Shown: positions 1 to 18,269, counted from the first letter of the stretch. The stretch: DNA of 64,000 nucleotides from the human T2T-CHM13v2.0 reference genome, Homo sapiens (GCF_009914755.1 NC_060932.1); one strand, 5' to 3'. Translations and numbers: made by a program. Notes: generated from the sequence alone by a model not told the origin.

Positions 1-1704
1 CCCAGCCACACATTTGCTATCTGCAAGTGTTAAAATTGTGGTTAAAGCTGAATATTAGCAGCATTTCCCACTTGTGCTGTCATCTGGATTATATAACAAT
101 GTGTGGATTTTATAAACAGCAACTGCTCATTTTTGCGGTTGGCTTCTTATTGGATGTGCCCCAGAGCCATCTGACTAAATAAGTTGGAGACAACCAGATT
201 GAGCACAGGGAGCAGTGACATTCCCTGGCACATGCAAAGCCAAATCCTGCAGAAACTGCAGGAACTAGGAAGGTTACTAGAAAAGTCTACATACCTCCAA
301 GTTATGGCCCAAGTATTACAAAAATATGTGTGAGTTTTCTCGTGGATTAGCTCTGCTTCCTGACAGCATTTCACAAATATTCTACCACACCGTTTTGCTC
401 CAAGAATACTGAGGGACCATAACACTAAAGCATTTGATAATGGTGTTGTCTAAACATAATTCATTTTTAGATGGTGCATGTCAAGCAATACAAGCACCTG
501 TCATGTTAAAAATTATTGTTGTACATCTGATTCCCAAAAACAAAACATTTTAACTCTGGCTGATCCATGATCTATTATTTCATGGGATGATGGAATATTT
601 TAGAGATGATCCTGCTGGGAATCAAAGTGACTATAATTGTCCAAAACTATGCCCCAGAGAAAATTTATAAAGCTTGAAACATGAAAATAATTCACCAGGG
701 AGATGGAAAATGATGAACAAAGTCACCAAATACTGTAGATGGATAAGATCTTTTGGAAGAACTTATGGAGGTAGAGAATTATAGATGTTAAGAGTGCAAG
801 ATCCTCCACTCCACTGAAGAGATTGTTCTGATATAAATATACTCTGCATGCCTTCTTGCAAAGCAAAAGAAAAAAGATTTTAAAATATATTGATGATTCA
901 CTCAGCAACTATTCATTCAGAGAATGTGTGAAAAGAATGGTATTAAGCTGTTTTCATCACTGTTTTTAGCCTGTGGGTCTTCTCATTCAATTGGAAAGTC
1001 AAGGTGCAAACTCATTAAGAGCGACTAACAACATACAAATCAAATGGCAACAAAAGTCAATGAAAAGATATTCCACTGGAGCATGAGATGAAAAGCAAGT
1101 GCACTGATTTAATTAATGAATGCTAATCAATTTTTATTTGATTCATTTGAATAATATTTAGTTCCAGGATTACAATGAGGACTAAGACATGAGGGTCCTC
1201 AGGGGATTTATAGTAGGCAAAAGAGTTGTTTCAGTCAGAATATTTGGGTTGCAATCTTTTTATGTCTATTCCCTGTATCAGAGCTACTTGCCCTTAGTGT
1301 CAAGGTTTTGGATTCCTCATAACATTTGCTTGTCTTGCTCTCTCATAATTCTGACTTTGTACCCATACTCTGTCCTCCTACCCCAATATATCCCAAACTT
1401 GATTCTAATTCATGACTTTTTTGTATACCTTTTTTTTTTTTTTTAACTCTAGTGGCTCCTGCTATCTTATTTCCTCCATGTTACCTATTTAAAATTCCAA
1501 AGAGAAAACAACTGATTGGGCATGGCCATGTTTTCAGGACAGGATACAGCATGGGTTGTTTATATTGTATAAGTTAGCCCCCATTGGATAAGTGCCCTCT
1601 CTGGTCTCAGGGCTTTTGATGGGTCAGACATCATGATAGGCATGGTTAATATAAATGTGGGATGTAAGAGACTGCCAGGACATCCAAGGGCTATTGACTA
1701 GTTC

Positions 1705-2218
<514 letters not shown>

Positions 2219-2592
2219 AGCCAAGATGGCCGAATAGGAACAGCTCCGGTCTACAGCTCCCAGCGTGAGCGACGCAGAAGACGGGAGATTTCTGCATTTC
2301 TATCTGAGCTTTGAAGAGAAGAGTGGTTCTCCCAGCACACAGCTGGAGATCTGAGAACGGGCTGACTGCCTCCTCAAGTGGGTCCCTGATCCCTGACCCC
2401 CGAGCAGCCTAACTGGGAGGCACCCCCCAGCAGGGGCACACTGACACCTCACACGGCCAGGTACCCCAACAGACCTGCAGCTGAGGGTCCTGTCTGTTAG
2501 AAGGAAAACTAACAAACAGAAAGGACATCCACACCAAAAACCCATCTGTACATCACCATCATCAAAGACCAAAAGTAGATAAAACCACAAAG

Positions 2593-3609
2593 ATGGGGAA
2601 AAAACAGAGCAGAAAAACTGGAAACTCTAAAAAGCAGAGCCCCTCTCCTCCTCCAAAGGAACGCAGTTCCTCACCAGCAACGGAACAAAGCTGGACAGAG
2701 AATGACTTTGACGAGCTGAGAGAAGAAGGCTTCAGACGATCAAATTACCCCGAGCTACGGGAGGACATTCAAACCAAAGGCAAAGAAGGTGAAAACTTTG
2801 AAAAAAACTTAGAAGAATGTATAACTAGAATAACCAATACAGAGAAGTGCTTAAAGGAGCTGACGGAGCTGAAAACCAAGGCTCGAGAACTACGTGAAGA
2901 ATGCAGAAGCCTCAGGAGCCGATGCGATCAACTGGAAGAAAGGGTATCAGCGATGGAAGATGAAATGAATGAAATGAAGCGAGAAGGGAAGTTTAGAGAA
3001 AAAAGAATAAAAAGGAACGAGCAAAGCCTCCAAGAAATATGGGACTATGTGAAAAGACCAAATCTACATCTGATTGGTGTACCTGAAAGTGACGGGGAGA
3101 ATGGAACCAAGCTGGAAAACACTCTGCAGGATATTATCCAGGAGAACTTCCCCAATCTAGCAAGGCAGGCCAACGTTCAGATTCAGGAAATACAGAGAAC
3201 ACCACAAAGATACTCCTCAAGAAGAGCAACTCCAAGACACATAATTGTCAGATTCACCAAAGTTGAAATGAAGGAAAAAATGTTAAGGGCAGCCAGAGAG
3301 AAAGGTCGGGTTACCCTCAAAGGGAAGCCCATCAGACTAACAGCGGATCTCTCGGCAGAAACTCTACAAGCCAGAAGAGAGTGGGGGCCAATATTCAACA
3401 TTCTTAAAGAAAAGAATTTTCAACCCAGAATTTCATATCCAGCCAAACTAAGCTTCATAAGTGAAGGAGAAATAAAATACTTTACAGAGAAGCAAATGCT
3501 GAGAGATTTTGTCACCACCAGGCCTGCCCTAAAAGAGCTCCTGAAGGAAGCGCTAAACATGGAAAGGAACAACCGATACCAGCCACGGCAAAATCATGCC
3601 AAAATGTAA
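2593..3609 (+). CDS. LINE-1 ORF1p (338 aa, intact; coiled-coil, RRM and CTD RNA chaperone)
   Basis: MGKKQSRKTGNSKKQS...REKG...ARR...YPAKLS...NHAKM. Full canonical length with no stops. Confidence 0.95.
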   Translation: MGKKQSRKTGNSKKQSPSPPPKERSSSPATEQSWTENDFDELREEGFRRSNYPELREDIQTKGKEGENFEKNLEECITRITNTEKCLKELTELKTKARELREECRSLRSRCDQLEERVSAMEDEMNEMKREGKFREKRIKRNEQSLQEIWDYVKRPNLHLIGVPESDGENGTKLENTLQDIIQENFPNLARQANVQIQEIQRTPQRYSSRRATPRHIIVRFTKVEMKEKMLRAAREKGRVTLKGKPIRLTADLSAETLQARREWGPIFNILKEKNFQPRISYPAKLSFISEGEIKYFTEKQMLRDFVTTRPALKELLKEALNMERNNRYQPRQNHAKM

Positions 3610-3672
3610 AGATCATCGAGACTAGGAAGAAACTGCATCAACTAATGAGCAAAATAACCAGCTAACATCATA

Positions 3673-7497
<3,825 letters not shown>

Positions 7498-7696
7498 ACA
7501 ATGAGAACACATGGACACAGGAAGGGGAACATCACACTCTGGGTACTGTTGTGGGGTGGGGGGAGGGGGGAGGGATAGCACTGGCAGACATACCTAATGC
7601 TAGATGATGAGTTAGTGGGTGCAGCGCACCAGCATGGTACATGTATACGTATGTAACTAACATGCACATTGTGCACATGTACCCTAAAACTTAAAG

Positions 7697-7707
7697 TATA
7701 ATAATAA

Positions 7708-7750
<43 letters not shown>

Positions 7751-7757
7751 AAAGAAA
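7697..7757 (+). repeat. (TAA)n/(TAAA)n microsatellite derived from the L1 poly(A) tail
   Basis: Read directly from the sequence. Confidence 0.95.
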
Positions 7758-7772
7758 AAAATATAAAAATCA

Positions 7773-7857
7773 TTCTTAGCTTGCAGGATGCAGAACATAA
7801 AAACAAACAGGTAGAAAGCCAGATTTGGCCCATGAGCTGTCATTTACCAAACTCTTG
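7773..7857. mobile_element. MER58-like DNA transposon, right part
   Basis: TTCTTAGCTTG..AAAAACAAACAGG..GCCAGATTTGGCCCATGAGCTGTCATTTACCAAACTCTTG resembles the MER58 terminus. It is colinear with 1705-2218 once the L1 and one TSD copy are removed. Confidence 0.65.
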
Positions 7858-8024
7858 TCTATCTAAATATGTGGTATTATAAAACACATATTTTGGCTCT
7901 CAGTATATACATTTATAAATTGGGAGTCATATTTTTGAAGGTGATAGGCAGTCATAATGAGCTCTGCTACTCACAGGCTCCAAACACATGTTCTGTACCT
8001 GAGTAACACCTCCCACCAAGTGGA

Positions 8025-8400
8025 ATTGTCTTTGATTGTGCTCTCCCAGAAGCTGACCCTGAGGCAAAGACTTGAGTGGAAGTATTTTGTTCGAGAGATG
8101 ATACCAGCAAACACTTGTAGGAAAGTGGGAACATAATTAAAGAAGGAAGGCAGCTTTTACAGAGTACGTTATTATGCTTATTAGGACTGTGGGAACATAT
8201 AACTTAATCCCTGATACTGTATAGAACTCTGATAGTCAGTATAGAACTGACTCCTCAGAGTCCTTTCACTCTGGGGGATGGAGCTGGAGTATTTACCCAC
8301 CAACTCCCATCAGTCATTGGTTAGGAAGTTCCCTATATCATTTCTCTAACACTTCCAGCTTGCCTGATATGTAATTAAGCAAAAGAAGCTTCAACTGACA
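8025..8400. mobile_element. Old ERVL-class LTR fragment (LTR16-like)
   Basis: CTCTCCCAGAAGCTGACCCTGAGGCAAAGACTTGAGTGGAAGTA..CAACTCCCATCAGTCATTGGTT resembles the LTR16 family. Confidence 0.5.
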
Positions 8401-8713
8401 AAAAACAAATTCCAGGCAGTTGGAGATTAAGACATTCAGAAATCAAGAGCTTCAGCTGAATGGATTAATGATATCTACATAGGAGCAAGATAAAAAGGAT
8501 GGGATGAAATGATTCATGTGAACTAGCTTGATCTTCAATAAAACATCTCATTTGCTGCCTATTCACCCTATTCTATATTTGGTTTGATGCCAAAAAGCAT
8601 TTTCCTGGGACTTGCACAGAATATCACTATTATAAACTGCCTTCTCAGCAGGATGATGGGCTCTGTCATTGGCTTGCTGGCTTGCTGGGTGATCTTGTTT
8701 TTTGTTCCAAGTA

Positions 8714-8785
8714 TGTATTAGTCTGGTTACTCCAGAGAAACAGAGCCAATAGGAGATACGTAGATAGATAGATAGATAGATAGAT

Positions 8786-8826
<41 letters not shown>

Positions 8827-9385
8827 AAGGGGGATTATTGTGGGAACTGGATCACATATGGAATCACATACGAAAATTGGACCACATGCTGAGAAGTCCC
8901 ACCATATGCGCTCCAGCAAGCTGGTGAACCAGAGACGCTGGTTGTGTAATTAAGTCTGAATCAAAAGGCCTGAGAACCAGCAGAGCCAATGGTGTAAGTC
9001 TCAGTTCAAGGCCAAAGGCCCAAGAACATGGGGGGCGGGGAGGAAGGGGGGCGGGGCTGCAGGGCCGGTGTAAGTTTCCACATCTGCGGCCAAAAACCTG
9101 GAGTCCTGATGTCCAAGGTAGGAAAACTGAAAGTCTCAGCTCCAGAGAAAAAAGTGACTTCATCTTTCCACTGCCTTTTAATTCTATCCAGGCCTTCGAT
9201 GAATTGGACGATGTCCACCCACATGGTGAGGGCAGATCTTTCTTACTCCACCCACCGATGCAGATGTCAATCTCTTCTGGAAGCACTTTCAAGGGCATAC
9301 CCAGAGCTAAAGCTTGACCAGCATTAGTTGGTAAATGTGAGTACCCCTTAACCCAGTCAAGCTGACATGTAAAATTAACCATCAC
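8714..9385 (-). mobile_element. MLT2B-like solo LTR (ERVL)
   Basis: TGTATTAGTC..CTCCAGAGAAACAGAGCCAATAGGAGATA, GAGAAGTCCCAC, GGTGTAAGT repeats, ending AAAATTAACCATCACA. Confidence 0.85.
8761..8825 (+). repeat. (TAGA)6 TGA (TAGA)9 tetranucleotide STR
   Basis: Counted directly. Confidence 0.97.
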
Positions 9386-9491
9386 AAAGTTTTTGTTTTT
9401 TCTTCTTACATTTTTCAGCTTGGATAATGGCATCTGAGAAGTCACATGGCTTTTTCAAAATGCAATGTGATATCAAAAACGTGTGTATAGC

Positions 9492-9654
9492 GGGGCCAGT
9501 CGGTGGGTGGGGGGCTAGCGGAGGGATAGCATTAGGAGAAATACCTAATGTAGATGACAGGTTGATGGGTGCAGCAACCCACCATGGCACGTGTATACCT
9601 ACGTAACAAAACTGAACGTTCTGCACATGTGCCCCAGAACTTAAAGTATAATAA
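9492..9654 (+). mobile_element. 5'-truncated L1PA (approx. PA7/8) 3'-end fragment
   Basis: GGATAGCATTAGGAGAAATACCTAATGTAGATGAC..CCCAGAACTTAAAGTATAATAA. TSD core GTGTGTAT at 9481-9488 and 9655-9662. Confidence 0.9.
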
Positions 9655-10649
9655 GTGTGTATGGATCTGGCACATTGTAGTCACTCAAAAAACACTCTTC
9701 TGCTTTTTTCTTCCTCACTCACTTATCCTAGTGCACTTCTACTATTTTCTTTTCCAGATGTGATTAGGAACTCTTTATGAACCAGAAAAGAGAAATCTTG
9801 CACTGATTGGAATATGGCAGCCACTCACCATCTCCCCTGTCTGCTCTCACTCAGTTTATGTGACCCAATGGGAATGGAGAATCTCAGGCATAAAACCAAC
9901 TGCTTCGTGGGTTACTCTGGAAAATTCTAAACTGAAGCTTTTTGAGAAAGGCGACATTACCTCAGAACTTCCACATGTAGCTACTGTGGAGTTTCTGTTT
10001 ATGTGAATGGATATTTTCACCAGATATTGGAAACATGCTGAAGCTGGATTCCAGTGCAATAAAGGCAACTCATTTAGCCATTGGCCTGTGATACTATGAG
10101 AAATACAGTTAAATTAGACGAATGCTCCACCAGGAATTGTGGCTAAAATAAATGATCATTTTTTAAAAAAGAAAAAGATAAAGACACAACAGATTGTCAT
10201 TTTTTTCTTCTTGTCGATGTCCTTGAAAAACAGACTTGAAGTCTCAAATGAACACCTTAAATTCCAAATAACCATTGAGGCATTGGGGAAGACTTGTCTC
10301 CTTGTTGATTCTATGGATGGATAGATGGATGATGAGTACTACAAATATTTTTATCTCCTATGTATAAATTAAAGGAATAGTAACTGAGAAGGGCTTCAGA
10401 AAGCTTATTGGAGGATAGGCATTCAGAGAAAAAACTGAAGGATGAGTAATTACAGGTGAAGTTGGAGGAGAGGCTATTTTTGATTGAAAGAAAAGTAAAG
10501 AGAAAGGCATAGACAGAACTAAAGGAAATGCAATTTTACCTCTCATACGAAGAGCAATGATTGTCCCCTCACTTTCATATTTCAATAGAAGAAAAATCTT
10601 TTTCCAAATAAAAATCAGAAAACTAAAAAAATTATTGAAATATTTCTAA

Positions 10650-11310
10650 TAAATAACATTTTCCTATTTATTACTTTATTGCTATATTTTCTTATAAAAT
10701 ATATTTAAATTAGATACACATAAATAATATATAATCTATCTTTAAATTAGCAAAATTTTATACAATACAAATCACAATTTTTATATTATATATTCTTACC
10801 ATTCTTGTTCATTTCTTGTCCATATAAATTCACATTAATATAATTATTATTATAGTGCAGATACTACTTAATATTCCTTTTAACATTATTTGGTAAAAAA
10901 AAAGTTTTAGCATTATATTTTTAATTATTATATATAATTATTCATAGCATTCCATTGAATAGATAAACTATTATTTAGTTTAACCATTCTAATGTTTCAA
11001 TATTTTTGCTATTATACATAATGCTGCAAAGAATATCTTACTAGCGTGGCCATTTTACTGCAATGTTTTTTACCTTAGATTTTATTCTGTGAATAACATT
11101 ACTAAATGAAAGGAATTTATCTTTCTTATGGTTTTTAATATGTATTGCCAATTGCAATCACAAAACAATCACTAGTTGCACACCAATCAGCGGCATATTA
11201 GTGTATTAATTTCACCAAGTCCTGCCTTCATTGGGTGCTACCATGTTTTGGACTTTTTAACTGTTGAATAATTTATCAGGTATATAAATAATCCAAAGAA
11301 TTTAAACTTT
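10650..11310 (-). mobile_element. Old L1M (L1ME-like) 3' fragment, very AT-rich
   Basis: TTTTTGCTATTATACATAATGCTGCAAAGAATATC..CACCAATCAGC is typical antisense L1ME sequence. Confidence 0.6.
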
Positions 11311-13169
11311 AATGAACTGTTCCTCTACTGCTAATCTAGCCCACATAGGGATTGTGAAGATAGCTCATTTAATAAATACTTCTTGACCACTGTCTTTGTT
11401 CTCATTCCATGCAGCAAAAGTAGCAGAGAAAAAGAAGCACAAGAGGAGAGAGGTGATGAGGATTCTGAACACAGAAGGCCTTCTAGGCCCTGTGTATTAG
11501 GATTTTGCCTTTAATTATGAGTGCCATGGGGAGCCACTGTAAGGGAAACAATTTCATGTGATCCTTGTCCTTTGGGAGCTTTTAAAATCTTAATGACGAG
11601 ATTAGAATCAGATGTTGTTCCCCATCTCCCCAAAATCCTGCCTCAACTCCATCCTCATCATTGTGCAGAGATCAGAATACCATGACCAGTCATTGGAAAT
11701 ACTGTTCCTCTCTCAGTAAGAATGGAAGAAGGGAGGGCATGGAGGGCCTCCTGTATCTGGAGCATTGTTAGGTGCTACATATCCAATCTAATTTTGTCCA
11801 ACAACAGTCCTGTAAGGCAGGTCCCATTTCTACAGAGGAAGAAACTGAGGCTCAAGGTGCTCACTTTGGGAAGACCTTCTGTTTGTCTTCCTTACAAAGA
11901 GAGAAAACATTAGATGCCTGAGTGCGCTCAAGGAGCTTTGACAGAATCTGAATCATTTTTACTCTGTCTTTCATGTTTAAATTTCCAACATACCTTTGTC
12001 GTTTTCATCCACTGGAAACTGAGGCATCCCATGATTCACAAAATTGGCCCATTGTTTAAACTGTCACCCTTCTTTCCTTAATTCCACTCATGAGCATTTG
12101 GACCCAACCAAAGGAGGTTGGTTGGATCCCACAACAGCAAGTCCACTGAACCGGGAATATGCAATGGAAATTGAAATCTATAATGTGTTCTATGATTTTG
12201 AACATGTCTACTCTCTCCCTGCATCTCAATCCCTCAAATGTGCAGTGGGGGGATGGAGAGATAAGGCAGAGGATCTCTGGGGATCATTCTTGCTTTAATG
12301 ATCTATGACAAAATTTTCCCAGTGTACTGCACAGCCAGAAAGAGCCAAGGCTGAGAGCTATTTCTCCCCAGAAATGTGATTCCACAGTCTTGGTTTCCTG
12401 GAACAACTGAAGAGTGTGGTAATAGAATCCATGAAGAGAAACTTTATGTGGCTAATATTCCAAAGCTTTCTAAGTGCAGTAATAAACAGAGCACATCTTG
12501 GTGACACAGAAATTATGAGGCAGAGACCATAATAATAATTCATGTCTGCTTCTATTCACTATTGACAAGATGTGCTTCCACTCCCAAGACACCAGAGCAG
12601 CAGAAAAATAAGTAATTCCCTGAGTTGCCACCACACTATTTTGCTTTATGCTAGTTTTTCTTCCTTTCTTTTCTGTCACCCACAAAAGTGAAACCCAGTC
12701 ATCTACAGAAGCTGCCTTTTGTCTAGGAGTAAGTGGTGGTTATTGTCTGCATCATATGAAGCTAGGCATCATGGTTTCCATGCTGGAAAGCAAAGCTCCC
12801 CTATGTTAGGCATCTTTGGTTTACAATAACATACACTCAATAACTGAGAAGAAATTTTGAATAGATCACACTTGCAAAATATTTCCCAGACTGAAAATTT
12901 CACGGAGACTGGTGATCACGTAGGCCAAGTGTACTTTATTTCCCCCGTCTCTCCATTCCTCAGCCCCTGAAATAATTCCTAGGAGATTTTTAGCTAACTC
13001 CGGCTGAGTCCACCAACAGATGTGAAACTTATTACCTTACTGTTTTGTGGCCCTTCCTATTCTATTTTCTTGCAACAGCTCCAATTATTAAAGTGAAATA
13101 CGACATCTTAGCCCTTTTGGAGCAAGGCAGGAAGCATTTATTCTTTGATTGTGTAACTGTTCTTCAAGA

Positions 13170-13520
13170 ATGTGTAATGAGCCTCACACCTCTTCTAAGT
13201 CTTCTTTTTTCCATGTTAAACATTCACAATTTCTTCCCCATTCCTGGTTGGTATAGGTCTCAGATCTTGCTCTCATATTGTTTAGGCTTCCAAAGTGGTG
13301 CCACTTGACCAACACAAACTTGGAAATAAGACATCCTAAGCTTGAAACAACACATCCAATGTGGTCTATCTTAGAGAAAATGATTGAAATTGTCACCTGC
13401 CTTAATCGGTACATTTCAACTCTATTACAATAATTTTGCCTAAGAATGTTTTGATTTTTCCAGCAACTGTGGCACACACTTGGTTTATGTTTAGTCCTGT
13501 GATCAACATATGAGCTTTGC
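13170..13520 (-). mobile_element. L3/CR1 LINE fragment
   Basis: GCCTAAGAATG..TTTTTCCAGCAACTGTGGCACAC..TGATCAAC resembles antisense CR1 RT sequence. Confidence 0.55.
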
Positions 13521-13739
13521 TCTTCCTCCAAGGCACAAGCAGGAATGTAGTGAGTAGCAAAGTGCTCTTGGTCACTCAAATGTATTGACAAAACAGGACC
13601 TCTTTATGAAATTATAAAGTCATCCCAGATTGTATTTTGGACATTTCTTTTATTTCTCATGTTCTCATACTTTCTGTAGTCTCCTCTGCCCCCAACATAC
13701 ATGCCTGACTTCTACTCAAAAGTAGTTCTACTCTGCTGT

Positions 13740-13965
13740 AGTAGTTCAGAGCCTGGCTTGTAAAGGCAGCCTGCTCAGGGTCATATTCCAGCTCTGACAT
13801 TTGCCTGCCCTGTAGGTTTCAGAAACTCAATGTCTTTTGCTTGTTTAAGATTTTTTACGTTATGTATAAAGTAATAATACTATCTCCCTCATTATGTTGT
13901 TATGAGAATTTAATGATTTCATATATCTTAGGCACTTAGGACAGTGCCTGGCACATACTGAGTGC
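13740..13965 (+). mobile_element. MIR SINE
   Basis: GTTGTTATGAGAATTTAATGA..CACTTAGGACAGTGCCTGGCACATA MIR core. Confidence 0.65.
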
Positions 13966-15087
13966 TAGCTGATACAATAAGCCTAGCATGGTATTTGGGA
14001 CAATCAGGTCTGAGGCTCGGGGTACCAGGGATATAGTCATTACCCAGGTCCAGTAATATATGTCACTTCTTTTTTTTCAGACCTTCAATTTCTTTAGCTA
14101 TAAAATAGGGAAATCAAACAGTAAGAAATAACAACAATTCTTTCCAGCTCTGTCATTTTTAAAACTGTAATTGTCTGCAAGTCTTTGATCTTCCAGCTCC
14201 TGACATGGGTGGAGCAAGCATCCCCAGCTTGGATAATAGGGGGAACAAGCTGATGATATGACTCTTTTTGTAGACATTGCTACTAGTGTTCAAACAAATA
14301 AAGATGTAAAGGCAAAATGTTTCATAATTCTGGCAGGCAAATTTGGAAAGACTTCTGAGGTCAGCGCCGCCTTATCAGAGCCCCTTACATCACACTACAT
14401 AGAGAGGCTGCCCACTCCCCAAATTGCTACAATTGGTAATGTGGTAGAAGTATTAAGAAAAGCCTGGGCAGTCAGAGATGAGAGATCATGTCATTTTGAG
14501 GGCTGATATAAAGAAAGGAATCCATTTTTCATGGAAATGCTTGGCTTTGCATGAGCCTTTGAAAACCCACACAGTAAATGCAGTGGAAAAGGCAATGCAC
14601 CACAGCATAAGGCCAGAGGTCTGGGGATACCTCAACTACAAAACCAACACAGCACTTAATTGTAGCCATATGTCTGAATCAGCCAGAAATGCAACTTCTT
14701 CATCAGTCCAATGGGATACTAATGCTCTCGCTTGACTTTCTCACAGAACTGCAAGAGATCATGAACATAAAGGCATTTTGAAAGTTCATTTCAACTGCAA
14801 TATGGTAGTGACAGTAAGGTTCCTGACCTTCCAAGGCCAGAATCTGTGTCCTGTAACCTCCACCACAATTTAGTTCCTGAAACTACACACAAAAACACAG
14901 CCACTCTAGAAGATGAAAGTGCAAAATTACTTTCTTCCCCTACTCAATGCCATTAAATGGCTTCCTTGACATCTACAGCTCTTTGCAGTAATGTTCACTA
15001 TGACTAAATGTGTGGCTAATAATACCTTTTATGATCTGACCATTTTATCGCCTTAGCCTCATTTTTCTCATGCTTTGCTTTTAAGAT

Positions 15088-16330
<1,243 letters not shown>

Positions 16331-17369
16331 GTTAATCAACCATTTCTTTTTCCAGATGAAAGCACCAAGTATCTACACAAGGGGAGAGACCTCACTGAAC
16401 CAGGAAAAGAATTAAGAGTACCTTACTATCATTGCTTCATTCATTCAACAAACATATATTGAGTTTGTTCATTCTGGGTGATAGACTCTCAATGGAAAAA
16501 AAAAGTCATCTGTAATAATTTTTAAATAGATAGCCTATATTTACCTCTAATGATATTTTCATTTATTTGTCTTCCTAAACTTAACTATCACTGTTGTTCT
16601 AAAAGACCTCATAAGAATAAGCCTTATTTAGTCTTGCCAGAGTAATTTAAATCTCACCAAGCATTGGTGTTCCATAGTAAAGACTTTTTATCTGAAATTA
16701 TTAAAAACTTTTTATCTGAAATTAGTAAAAACCATTACATTGAAGGTAATTGAAACTACCTCTTAGTGTCATTTTCGTGACTGCACAATGCCATCTGGAA
16801 AAATACTACATTTATTGGAATAAACTCTACAGTCATCAAGAAAGAGTCAATTGGAAATTATTTAAAGGACTGAAGGGAAAATGTAGAGACCCCTCCCAAG
16901 CCATGAGAATCTCTGTTTCTTCTCTCATTCTAGCTCTGTGAGATGATGGCATTGCTCCCATTCTCCTGAGCTCAGGCTACTTATGAAAGCTTATCACACA
17001 TTTCTACTCTCACATTCAGTGATTAATTACCCCTAAGACCATAAGTGAATTAGAAAATAATGTAACAATGAATTGAAAAAACCATTATCCTCTTTACAGT
17101 GATCAAAGTAGCAATATGAGGGATCAGTTTGCACAGAAATGAATTTTTGATTAGTCACAAATCTTGCGTGAATTGGCCAAACTCAGATTACAGGTTAAAT
17201 TTCCAAAAAGGAAGAGAATAAGATTTTTGGATACTTTCCTATAATTCTCATAACTAATATAGCTTATAAAGTCGGCTCATCAAAAATTAGAGTATACCTA
17301 GGTCACTGTTTTTAGACATAGGAACAAGTGTGGACAACATCATCTAGTCACTGAAATTAAACAGCATCA

Positions 17370-17870
17370 CACCAGTGTTTAAAAGTCTATCTCAGCCATT
17401 TACTAACTGTGTGACTTTTGGCAATTTGATTTCTCTGGATTTGGATCCCACATTTATAAAAGATAGAACATAATAACAGCCACCTAACAGAGCTTCCATG
17501 AAGACTAAATTATGTAATGGATGTATGGCTGACAAACAGTGTCAACTAACATAGATCCCTGGTCTTCTCTAAAATCATTCTCTTCCCAATTATAGAAGGT
17601 CAATATGAGATAATCAAATCTGAAAAATAGGCCTGGATATTTTGAAATTTTTTGTTATATTATGTATGTTAAATGAATACTGGTTTCATCCATTCCTCAC
17701 CCCAACCCTCCTGTAACTCATTGATTACTTTTCTGACCCTCGATTTCCTTACCTATAAAATGAAGTTAATAATAACAGATACTTCAAGGAATTATGGTTA
17801 AGTTTCCACAAAGTAGCCCATGTAAAGGACATAATATGGACTGGCATAGCAAATACTAAATAATATTAAC
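17370..17870 (+). mobile_element. MIR fragments
   Basis: CATTTACTAACTGTGTGACTTTTGGCAA and TTTCCTTACCTATAAAATGAAG. Confidence 0.55.
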
Positions 17871-18269
17871 TGTCATGATAATCTAAAACATTATTATTAA
17901 TGTTTCTGATTTTTATCAATTTTGCCTGCCTTCTAAAATATGAACATGAGTGTCATTGGGGATGTGAAGAAGTGGTTGTTGATAATCTTTAAGATATTCG
18001 CAGTGCCAAAATTCAAAGAGCACATGAACACGTTGTCACTTAAATGGTCATTTATGGCTATAGCCTGGGCTAGTGCTTGAGAGCCTGGCTCCCATAATTC
18101 ACCTTATTAAATATTTTTATATTCCAGTCCTCTATTTGACACTGGGAGTAAGGAAAAGAGGACATAAGGCTCCTGCTCTCAAGAAAATCACATTACAGGA
18201 AAATAAACATATTAAAACATAATCAAAATGTTCTCTTCCATTCATATCACTTGGGGAAAAAAATTGATC

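Noticed and set aside
2300-2590. Antisense 96-aa ORF in the L1 5'UTR as a possible ORF0
   Set aside because: ORF0 lies in the segment removed by splicing. This ORF is a different, incidental frame.
7551-7575. G-quadruplex in the L1 3'UTR
   Set aside because: This is a standard feature of L1PA 3'UTRs.
8864-9445. 193-aa ORF
   Set aside because: It lies almost entirely in the MLT2 LTR, is not ATG-initiated, and shows no protein-family features.
12100-12129. 12-bp hairpin with one mismatch (GGACCCAACCAA-AGGAGG-TTGGTTGGATCC)
   Set aside because: Too short for a pre-miRNA, and plausible by chance or as a MITE remnant.
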